From Alphaproteobacteria bacterium (GTDB lineage: Bacteria; Pseudomonadota; Alphaproteobacteria; UBA6615), in the NCBI GenBank assembly GCA_003230015.1, contig QIGO01000199.1:1-58612 (forward strand): a stretch of DNA of 58,612 nt, given 5' to 3'. Shown piece after piece: positions 47,201 through 55,216 of this stretch (its first letter is position 1; the number at the start of each line of letters is the position of its first letter). The position numbers and the translations under genes were made by a program. The notes beneath the pieces were generated by a model. It worked only from the letters and a program-made list of their open reading frames with translations, was not told where the DNA came from and searched no databases.

Positions 47201-49618
47201 CTAATATATACCGCCTGGAGATGCACTTGACGCGTCCTGGGCGGCGTAACCGCCATCGATAACCGGGCCAGCGCGACGCGGCACGCTGCCGGGCTTGAAG
47301 GCCTCTAGAATAATATTGCTCTCACCGGCCTGCGCCACCAGGCCGGTCTCGACGTTGACACGAACCAGACGGATGCCCTCGGGAATGCGGAAAGGAATCG
47401 AAGGCCGGTCGGCCAGGGCCTCGGCCATGAATTGCTTGAATATGGGTGCGGCAACCGAAGAGCCGGTCTCGCGATTGCCAAGGGTGCGAGGGTTGTCGAA
47501 ACCGGCAAAAACACCGACAGCCAAGTCGGGCGAAAAACCGACAAACCAACTATCGAGACCTTTATTGGTGGTGCCGGTCTTGCCGGCCAGAGGCTTGCCG
47601 ATGGTGCTGATGCGACGGCCGGTGCCGCGGGCCACGACCCCTTGCAGCATGGAAGCCATCTGGTAGGCGGTGCGCGGATCGACGACCTGCTCGCGGTTAT
47701 CGGGCAGCACCGGCGGCGATTGGCCGGCCCATGGACCCGGCTGGCAGTCCGGGCAAGGACGGGTATCGTGGCGAAATACGGCCTGACCGCGGCGGTTTTG
47801 GATGCGGTCGATGAGAGTCGGCGTGATGCGACGGCCACCGTTAACGATCATCGCATAGGCCGTGGTGAGCCGTAACAGCGTGGTCTCGCCAGCGCCGAGG
47901 GCCATGCTGAGCTGTTCGGGTAAATCGTCGACAACGCCGAAACGCTCGGCATAATCGGCGACATTCGTCATGCCAACCGTCTGAGCCAAACGCACGGTCA
48001 TCAGATTGCGGGATTTCTCGATGCCCAGGCGCATGGGGCTGGGGCCATAGAAACTGCGCGAGTAGTTGGCCGGCTTCCATTTGCCAAGACCCGGGCCCTG
48101 GTCAATGACGAAAGGCGCGTCGAGGATCAATGTCGATGGGGTAAAGCCGGCATCCAGTGCCGCCATGTAGACAAATGGCTTGAATGCCGAGCCCGGCTGG
48201 CGCCAAGCCTGGGTGGCGCGATTGAATTCACTCATGGAGAAATCGAAGCCACCCGACATGGCCAGCACGCGGCCGGTGTGGGGGTCGAGCGCGACTATCG
48301 CGCCCTGGATCTCGGGGATCTGGCGCAGGGCGTATGTGCCCTCGGGATAGGGGTCACCGCCGTCATGGGGCTGTGCGGGCTCGACCAGAACAACGTCGCC
48401 GGCGGCCAGGACGTCCCCAGCCTGCTCAACCTCGGGGCCGAGGCGCTGGCCGCTCCGCCAAGGCCGCGCCCAGGTCAATTCGGCGAGGGGGATCTCACCG
48501 ACGCTGCTGTCGGGAAAGCCGATCTCGGCCCGTTCCGGTTCGACCGCAAGGACCAGTGCGAGGCGCCAGTCGCCATAACGCGTCGGTTTTTCGATGGCGC
48601 CAAGCTGGCTCGCCCAGCCTTCGAAGTCCTCCAGTTTGGTGACAGGGCCGCGCCAGCCGTGGCGCCGGTCATAGGCGATAAGGCCGTCGGTCAGGGCAGC
48701 GTTGGCGATGTTCTGAAGCCGGGGCTGCAGGGTCGTCCGCACAGAAAGGCCGCCCTCATAAAGAGCGCCCTCGCCGTAGCGCTCAACCAGCTCCCGGCGG
48801 ACTTCCTCGGCAAAATAGGCGCCGCCGTCGACGCGCTCGGCCGGATTTCGGGGGGAAACCTCAATTTCCGTGTTGCGGGCGCGCTGAGCTTCGGATTCGA
48901 CAATAAACCCGTCTTCGACCATGCGGCCCAGAACATAGTTCCGCCGGGCCTTGGCGGCCGCGGGACGGCGGACCGGATCGTAGTTGGCCGGTGCCTTGGG
49001 CAAGGCGGCAAGGTAGGCGACCTCGGCGACAGTCAGCTCATCCAGGGAACGACCGAAATAGTTGATGGCGGCAGCCGCTATACCGTAAGCGCCGCGGCCA
49101 AGATAAATCTCGTTGAGATAGAGTTCGAGTATCTGTTCCTTGGAATAGGCGCGCTCAATCCGGAAGGCCAATATCGCCTCCTTGATCTTGCGGGTGTAGG
49201 ACAGGTCCTTGGCGAGCAGGAAGTTCTGCGCCACCTGCTGGGTAATGGTGGAGGCGCCGACCAGACGGCGGCCGGTACCCGCATTGCGAAGGTTGGTGAC
49301 GGCGGCGCGCAAGATACCGAGCGGATCAATGCCCGGATGGCGGAAGAAGTTCTTATCCTCGGCGGCAACGAAGGCGTCGACGACGCGCCGGGGTATGGCC
49401 TCGGCCGGGACAAAAACACGGCGCTGAATGGCATATTCCTCGAGTATACGGCCATCGCCGGCATGGACCCGGGTCATGACAGGCGGCTCGTAGTTGGCGA
49501 GCTGCTGGTAGTCCGGCAAATCGCGGCCATACTCCCAGAATACCCACAACGTGCCCGCTATCGCCAAAAGAGCGAAAAGCAGACCTACACCGAGGAGGTA
49601 GCTTAAAATCCTGAGCAT
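47201..49618 (-). CDS. mrcA: Penicillin-binding protein 1A (bifunctional glycosyltransferase/transpeptidase)
   Basis: GT51 motifs (EDKNFFRHPGID, GASTITQQ, RKIKE) and transpeptidase motifs (SAFKP, SRN, KTGTT). N-terminal TM anchor. Confidence 0.92.
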   Translation of the reverse strand: MLRILSYLLGVGLLFALLAIAGTLWVFWEYGRDLPDYQQLANYEPPVMTRVHAGDGRILEEYAIQRRVFVPAEAIPRRVVDAFVAAEDKNFFRHPGIDPLGILRAAVTNLRNAGTGRRLVGASTITQQVAQNFLLAKDLSYTRKIKEAILAFRIERAYSKEQILELYLNEIYLGRGAYGIAAAAINYFGRSLDELTVAEVAYLAALPKAPANYDPVRRPAAAKARRNYVLGRMVEDGFIVESEAQRARNTEIEVSPRNPAERVDGGAYFAEEVRRELVERYGEGALYEGGLSVRTTLQPRLQNIANAALTDGLIAYDRRHGWRGPVTKLEDFEGWASQLGAIEKPTRYGDWRLALVLAVEPERAEIGFPDSSVGEIPLAELTWARPWRSGQRLGPEVEQAGDVLAAGDVVLVEPAQPHDGGDPYPEGTYALRQIPEIQGAIVALDPHTGRVLAMSGGFDFSMSEFNRATQAWRQPGSAFKPFVYMAALDAGFTPSTLILDAPFVIDQGPGLGKWKPANYSRSFYGPSPMRLGIEKSRNLMTVRLAQTVGMTNVADYAERFGVVDDLPEQLSMALGAGETTLLRLTTAYAMIVNGGRRITPTLIDRIQNRRGQAVFRHDTRPCPDCQPGPWAGQSPPVLPDNREQVVDPRTAYQMASMLQGVVARGTGRRISTIGKPLAGKTGTTNKGLDSWFVGFSPDLAVGVFAGFDNPRTLGNRETGSSVAAPIFKQFMAEALADRPSIPFRIPEGIRLVRVNVETGLVAQAGESNIILEAFKPGSVPRRAGPVIDGGYAAQDASSASPGGIY

Positions 49619-49745
49619 TGCTGGTCCAAATGCTAACGCCGCACGGTTATCGCAAAGTGAACAACGGTGAAAATGCTATATTTCTCTCAAAACCCAAGGT
49701 AATCGGCCCGAGTCGGGCCAGATTATTGCGAGAAATATGGCATGG

Positions 49746-50963
49746 TCATGTCCGCCTGGCCTCGCGGGCTAGCTCAAAATAGCGCTCAATAGCCCGGACT
49801 ATAGTGGAGGATAGCTGTCGACGATAGTCGCGATGAAGCAGCAATTCCTCCTCCGCGGGGTTGGTCACATAACCGAGTTCAAGCAAGACCGACGGCACGT
49901 CGGGCGCCTTGAGGACGGCAAAACCGGCCGCGCGCCAGGGCCGGGGGGACAATCTGGAAAGTTCCGCGACCTCCTTGACCAGATTGTCGCGGGCAAAAGC
50001 CACCGATTGCTCGTTGGTCTTGGATTGCGCGAAATCGATGAGAATGCTGGCAACATCGGTGCTGTAGCGCTGCAAATCGACACCGCCAATGATGTCGGAC
50101 TTGTTTTCCGCCTCGGCAAGGTCGGCGGCCTCCTGGTCGGAAGCCTGCTCAGACAAAGTATAGGCGGAGAAGCCGCGAACCTTGCTGCCGCCATTGGCGT
50201 TCAAATGCAGGGAGAGAAAAAGGTCGGCGTTGGCGGCGCGGGCGATGCGGACACGCTCACGCAAGGGCAAAAACACGTCGCGGTCACGGGTCAAAATAAC
50301 CGTATATTTGCCAATCTTTTCAAGCTGGCGCTTTATTTCCTTGGCGTAATCGAGGGCCATGGTCTTTTCAAGGACACCGCTAACGCCGCTGGCGCCTGGG
50401 TCGATACCGCCATGGCCGGGGTCGAGGACGATCACATCGACGTCATCGGAACCGGCACCAAGCCCCAGGGGCACCTCGGCAGGCCGGCGAGGGGCCGCGG
50501 TGGGCCGCATGGCGGTGATGAAATCATCGCGGTCGGTGGCAACCAAATCCACCACCAGGCGCCAAGGCTTGTCGCCATCGGGGGGCAGGATAAAGTTGCG
50601 GGCGACCTTGGCGGGCCCGGACAGATCGAGAACCAGGCGGCTGGTGCCCGGCTGGAACTGGCCATAACGCATACGATCGATGACTCCACCGCCGGCTTCG
50701 GACTTGTCGGCAGGGAGGGCGAAATTGGCCTCGGGCAGGTCAATGACGACCCGATAAGGGTCCGGAAGGCCGAATATTTTGGGCTCCGTGGACCGAGAAA
50801 GCTCAACAACGAATCGGGTGCGCTCGGAATCGACACCGATTCGCACATCGTGAACCTGGAGCTGCGCGCGGGCCTGAATCGGCGCAAACAAGCCAGTCCC
50901 AACCACGGCCATGAGCAAAGCCGGCAGGCAGCACCTAACTGTAAGTCTTTGAAAATATTTCAA
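49746..50963 (-). CDS. amiC: N-acetylmuramoyl-L-alanine amidase with N-terminal AMIN domain
   Basis: AMIN-like region (VRIGVDSERTRFVVELS...YRVVIDL) plus an amidase_3 domain (VIVLDPGHGGIDPGA, LSLHLNA, LLELGYVTN). I prefer TTG 50963, which gives the signal peptide KYFQRLTVRCCLPALLMAVVGTGLFAPIQARA and has a GGCGAGG RBS. The alternatives are TTG 51053 and ATG 50912. Confidence 0.82.
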   Translation of the reverse strand: MKYFQRLTVRCCLPALLMAVVGTGLFAPIQARAQLQVHDVRIGVDSERTRFVVELSRSTEPKIFGLPDPYRVVIDLPEANFALPADKSEAGGGVIDRMRYGQFQPGTSRLVLDLSGPAKVARNFILPPDGDKPWRLVVDLVATDRDDFITAMRPTAAPRRPAEVPLGLGAGSDDVDVIVLDPGHGGIDPGASGVSGVLEKTMALDYAKEIKRQLEKIGKYTVILTRDRDVFLPLRERVRIARAANADLFLSLHLNANGGSKVRGFSAYTLSEQASDQEAADLAEAENKSDIIGGVDLQRYSTDVASILIDFAQSKTNEQSVAFARDNLVKEVAELSRLSPRPWRAAGFAVLKAPDVPSVLLELGYVTNPAEEELLLHRDYRRQLSSTIVRAIERYFELAREARRT

Positions 50964-51409
50964 AATATCGCGCCTCGCCTTTTGCGCTAGGCTACATATA
51001 TCCTTACTGTGGCTGCACAGCAACAAGCATCGGGTATCTGTGACAATATTCAATTGACGTTGTCCGCGACAGGGACCGTCGCTATCTTAGCCGAGCGAAC
51101 CGCTGCGATTCGTCGAGGACCCCTGGCTCGGGACAAAGAGTTCCGCGGTAGTGGAGATCGAGTGGCGACAATAACAAAGATCGCCATAGCGCTCCGATCA
51201 GGGGCTTGGTCTTGCAGTGTATGTGAAACCATCGAAGCCACCCCACGGCAGAGGCCTTGGGTGCGGGGCCCCAACCCTTGCCGTCCTGGCACATATGTTG
51301 TCCGTTCGACGGTTCAAGGTAGCCACCGCCGGATTCGATTCAGGCGCCTACCGTCCTCTCCGTATGTTCGCGCGGATTGTCCGGTAAGGCGGCCGAGGCA
51401 GAAGTAAGA

Positions 51410-53887
51410 ATGACCAGAAGGATGTTAATCGATGCGACCCATGCCGAAGAAACCAGAGTGGTGGTGGCACAGGGGAACAAACTCGAAGAATTCGATTTCG
51501 AAACGTCAACAAAAAAACAGCTGAAAGGTAATATTTATCTCGCGAAAGTAACCCGAGTCGAACCGTCGCTACAGGCGGCCTTTGTCGAATATGGCGGAAA
51601 CCGCCATGGGTTCTTGGCATTCAACGAAATCCATCCGGACTATTACCGCATCCCGATCGAGGACCGAGAGGCGTTGCTTGCCGAGTCGGCGAAAGCCGAC
51701 GAGGGCGACGAGACCGAACCGGTCGAAGGGGGCGGGGAGAGCGTCGAGACCGTCGGCGGAGACGAGGCGGACGATATCCAGCGCGTGGGCGAGGAACAAC
51801 GCCATCGCATGCGCAATCTGACGCGCCAATATAAAATCCAGGAAGTTATCAAACGGCGGCAGATTCTGCTGGTGCAGGTGGTCAAAGAAGAACGAGGCAA
51901 CAAAGGCGCGGCGCTAACGACCTATCTCTCGCTCGCCGGGCGCTATTGCGTGCTGATGCCAAATACGGCCCGGGGCGGCGGTATTTCGCGCAAGATCACC
52001 AACCCATCCCATCGCAAGCGCCTCAAATTAATCCTTTCCGACCTCGATGTGCCGGACGGCATGGCGGTTATCCTGCGCACCGCCGGGGTGGAACGCAGCC
52101 GGGCGGAAATGCGGCGCGATTACGATTATCTGCGCCGGCTGTGGGACGAAATACGCGAGCTGACACTCAAATCCACCGCCCCTTCCCTGATCTATGAGGA
52201 AGGCAATGTCATCAAGCGGGCGCTGCGCGACCTATATACCCGCGAGATCGAAGAAGTCGTGGTCGATGGCGAGGAGGCGTACAAAACAGCCAAAGAGTTG
52301 ATGAAGACGATGATCCCGTCCCATGCACGGCGGGTTCAGCGTTACGCGGACGGCAGCGTGCCGCTGTTTCACCGCTATCAGATCGAAGCGCAGCTGGACG
52401 AGATTCACGATCATATCGTTAATCTACCGGCCGGCGGCTATATCGTGCTGAGTTTAACCGAGGCGCTGGTGGCCATCGATGTTAACTCCGGCCGCGCGAC
52501 ACGAGAACGCAATATCGAGCAGACGGCGCTGCGAACCAATCTGGAGGCGGCTTCGGAAGTTGCGCGCCAGTTGCGCCTGCGAGACCTGGCCGGTCTGGTG
52601 GTGATCGACTTCATCGATATGGATGAGTCGAAAAATAACGCGGCCGTGGAGCGCCGCCTCAAGGAAGCGATGAAACTCGACCGGGCACGCATCCAAGTGG
52701 GCAGGATTAGCCCGTTCGGGCTGCTTGAACTATCGCGGCAGCGGTTGCGGCCGAGTGTCCTGGAAGCCAGCACGCTGGCCTGCACGATGTGCGGCGGCAG
52801 CGGCATGATACGTTCCACGGAATCGGCGGCTTTGCGGGTATTGCGGGCGATCGAGGAAGAGGGCCTGCGCGGCCGCTCCCAAGAGATCACGGTGCGGGTG
52901 CCGGGTGGGGTGGCGCTGTATATGCTCAACCAAAAGCGCAGCGCCCTGAGCGCGGCAGAAGCCAAATACCAGTTTCGGGTGCTGATCAATACCGACGACG
53001 CGCTTGTGCCACCGGCGTTCGAAATGGACCGGGTGAGTGCCGAGGGTGCCCAGGAAGAGCGCGAGGTGAGCCCGACACGCGCGTCGGAGCGTGACGGCGC
53101 GGCAGCGCCCGAGCGGGGACGGAAACGGCGGCGGCGGTCCGGCCGGTCACAAGAATCGGAAACCGAGACGGCCAAGGTCGAGGCCAAACCGGCAAGCGAG
53201 GAGATTGCCGCCACGAGCCCCGAGGAAGAGGGCGGCGAGCAGAAAGCCCGGCGGCGGCGGGGCCGCCGCGGCGGCAGGCGGCGGTCGAAGTCAGACGCGA
53301 GCGCGACGCCAGCGGCGGAGGGTCAGTCCAGCACCGAGGCGCCGGCCGAAGCGGTGGCCACCGGCGATGCCGGCGCCGGCCCAGAAGAGGCACCAGCCGA
53401 GGCTCAACACACACCTGTCGAAACGGCCGAGCCGCGCCAGGAAGCCGCAACAGAGGCGCTGGGTGGGAGCCATGAAGCGGAGGCAAAACCGAAACCGCGA
53501 CGGCGGCGGCGCAGCCCACGTACCAGGCGGCCGCAGGATGAGGCAAAGACCGGCGCTGGCGAGGAGAACCAGCCGGGAAACGGCGCAGACGTTACGGCGG
53601 CCAGCGCGCCGTCGTCTGATACCCCTGTGGCAGGCCCACAGCCGGACACCGCCGAGCCAGTGCCAGCACCAGAGCCGGTCAGCCAAAATAGCGCCGAACC
53701 TTACACACCGGCGCCGGCCTTTGCCCCCGCACCGCCGAGGCCCAGGGCCGTGGCCTTACCGGGAGGCGGAGGCCAGGTTAGCAGCGTCAGTGGCCCGGTG
53801 AAGGCCGTTGACAGCGTGGTTTCATCGGACGGCACGGATGATGACGCAGAACCACGCCGGGGCTGGTGGAACCGGATTATTCGCTAG
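51410..53887 (+). CDS. rne: Ribonuclease E
   Basis: MTRRMLIDATHAEETRVVV, S1 domain (GNIYLAKVTRVEPSLQAAFVEYG), catalytic core (DVNSGR, VVIDFIDM) and a long Arg/Pro/Ala/Glu-rich C-terminal half. The S1 region carries an acidic insertion. Confidence 0.92.
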   Translation: MTRRMLIDATHAEETRVVVAQGNKLEEFDFETSTKKQLKGNIYLAKVTRVEPSLQAAFVEYGGNRHGFLAFNEIHPDYYRIPIEDREALLAESAKADEGDETEPVEGGGESVETVGGDEADDIQRVGEEQRHRMRNLTRQYKIQEVIKRRQILLVQVVKEERGNKGAALTTYLSLAGRYCVLMPNTARGGGISRKITNPSHRKRLKLILSDLDVPDGMAVILRTAGVERSRAEMRRDYDYLRRLWDEIRELTLKSTAPSLIYEEGNVIKRALRDLYTREIEEVVVDGEEAYKTAKELMKTMIPSHARRVQRYADGSVPLFHRYQIEAQLDEIHDHIVNLPAGGYIVLSLTEALVAIDVNSGRATRERNIEQTALRTNLEAASEVARQLRLRDLAGLVVIDFIDMDESKNNAAVERRLKEAMKLDRARIQVGRISPFGLLELSRQRLRPSVLEASTLACTMCGGSGMIRSTESAALRVLRAIEEEGLRGRSQEITVRVPGGVALYMLNQKRSALSAAEAKYQFRVLINTDDALVPPAFEMDRVSAEGAQEEREVSPTRASERDGAAAPERGRKRRRRSGRSQESETETAKVEAKPASEEIAATSPEEEGGEQKARRRRGRRGGRRRSKSDASATPAAEGQSSTEAPAEAVATGDAGAGPEEAPAEAQHTPVETAEPRQEAATEALGGSHEAEAKPKPRRRRRSPRTRRPQDEAKTGAGEENQPGNGADVTAASAPSSDTPVAGPQPDTAEPVPAPEPVSQNSAEPYTPAPAFAPAPPRPRAVALPGGGGQVSSVSGPVKAVDSVVSSDGTDDDAEPRRGWWNRIIR

Positions 53888-53946
53888 AGCAAATTCCATT
53901 CATTTGCGTTCACTCCATGTGCTCTAGCTTGTTGTTTTGACGCATT

Positions 53947-53984
53947 TTCTTCTCGTTCAAACGGACCCGTTTGAACGAGAAGAA
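53947..53984. terminator. 38-nt near-perfect palindrome between convergent rne and the aminotransferase gene
   Basis: TTCTTCTCGTTCAAACGG (53947-53964), AC, then CCGTTTGAACGAGAAGAA (53967-53984): 18-bp arms. There is no clear U-tract on either strand, so a terminator role is tentative. Confidence 0.4.
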
Positions 53985-54021
53985 GCTCTAATTGCCGGAA
54001 CGCATCGGCGCGAAAACGCAC

Positions 54022-54063
54022 CGTTTCGTTCCGGCCTAGCGGCGTTTCGTTCCGGCCTAGCGG
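54022..54063. repeat. Perfect 21-nt tandem duplication
   Basis: CGTTTCGTTCCGGCCTAGCGG occurs at 54022-54042 and again at 54043-54063. The second copy contains the aminotransferase stop codon (cta, 54057-54059). Confidence 0.9.
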
Positions 54064-55196
54064 CGCCAAGCGATCAGCCGCGATGCCGCCGCGGCTATTT
54101 CCGGCTCGGATCCGGCAAATGAAAAACGCGCGAATTGATTGCCACGCTGCGGGTCGAAATCCAGGCCCGGCGTCGCGGCGACGCCTATTTCATCCAGCAT
54201 GCGCGCGCAAAAGTCAGTGCTGTCGTTGGTCAGGGTGCTGACATCGGCATAGATATAAAAAGCGCCATCGACCGGCGCCAGGCGCTCGAAACCGGCCTTG
54301 GGCAGACAGTCCAGCAACAGTTCCCGGTTGCGGGCATAGACCGACACATTCGCCCGCAGCTCGTCATGACAGTCGAATGCAGCCAACGCGGCCAGCTGGG
54401 ACAGCGTCGGCACGGAGATAAAGAAATTCTGCAGTAAACGCTCAACCGGCCTGAGCAGATCGTCAGGCAATACGGCCCAACCGATGCGCCAGCCGGTCAT
54501 GGAAAAATATTTGGAGAAGCTGTTGATGACGATGGCGTCGTCATAGACCGCCGCGGTGGCAGCCGGCATGGTGAATGTTATGCCGTGATAGATCTCGTCG
54601 GAGATGAGCCGAATACCGTGCGTGTGGCAGTAGGATGCCAGGGAGGCTAATTGCGCGGGCGAGACCATCGTACCGGCGGGGTTGGTTGGGCTGTTGACAA
54701 TGAGGCCAGCAATGTCGGGAAGCTGGGACAGATGCTCGACGGTGGGCTGGAAACGCTCGGCCATAGTGGTCGGCAATAACACCGGTTCAATGCCCAATGC
54801 GGTCATCATATTGCGATAAGCCGGGTAACTGGGAGAGGCCAGGGCGATGCGGTCGCCGGCCTCAAACGCGGCCAAACTGGCGACCAGGAAAGCGCCGGAG
54901 GACCCGGTGGTTACAACAATATTTTCCGCACTCACCGCTTGACCATAAAAATCCCGATAGTGCCGGGCAATGCGGGCGCGCAATTCGGGAATGCCAAGGG
55001 CCTCGGTATAGCCGAGGCGTTGGCTGTCGAGCGCCTTGTGGGCAGCGGCAATGACACCGGCCGGGGCACTGGTGCCGGGCTGCCCGACCTCCATATGCAG
55101 TATCTCGGCACCGGCCTTCTCACGCTCGTTGGCGGCCCGCATGACGTCCATGACGATGAATGAAGGAATATTGCCGCGTTGGGCGACCTTGATCAT
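54057..55196 (-). CDS. Pyridoxal-phosphate-dependent aminotransferase, class I/II
   Basis: NSPTNPAGT, the SFSKYFSMTGWRIGW lysine motif and DEIYHG. 379 aa. Confidence 0.88.
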   Translation of the reverse strand: MIKVAQRGNIPSFIVMDVMRAANEREKAGAEILHMEVGQPGTSAPAGVIAAAHKALDSQRLGYTEALGIPELRARIARHYRDFYGQAVSAENIVVTTGSSGAFLVASLAAFEAGDRIALASPSYPAYRNMMTALGIEPVLLPTTMAERFQPTVEHLSQLPDIAGLIVNSPTNPAGTMVSPAQLASLASYCHTHGIRLISDEIYHGITFTMPAATAAVYDDAIVINSFSKYFSMTGWRIGWAVLPDDLLRPVERLLQNFFISVPTLSQLAALAAFDCHDELRANVSVYARNRELLLDCLPKAGFERLAPVDGAFYIYADVSTLTNDSTDFCARMLDEIGVAATPGLDFDPQRGNQFARFSFAGSEPEIAAAASRLIAWRR

Positions 55197-55216
55197 GCAG
55201 ACGGCCTCACCAGACG

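Noticed and set aside
48278-49606. 442-aa plus-strand ORF
   Set aside because: It is antisense to mrcA (PBP1A), with no motifs.
49833-50990. 385-aa plus-strand ORF
   Set aside because: It is antisense to the amiC-like amidase gene.
51054-51087. TTGACG ... CTATCT as the rne promoter
   Set aside because: The spacer between the two hexamers is 22 nt, too long for a sigma70-type promoter.
52438-53546. Several 180-260-aa ORFs in other frames or on the other strand within the rne 3' half (also 53091..53801 on the plus strand)
   Set aside because: They are products of the GC-rich, low-complexity RNase E tail. They are extremely Arg/Pro/Ala-rich and overlap a confidently called gene.
54022-54063. 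Possible CRISPR-like or minisatellite array
   Set aside because: There are only two contiguous copies, with no spacers and no cas genes anywhere in the window.
53884-54069. 61-aa ORF with repeated PLGRNET
   Set aside because: The repeat is merely the translation of the 21-nt tandem DNA duplication. The ORF spans the intergenic palindromes between two convergent genes.
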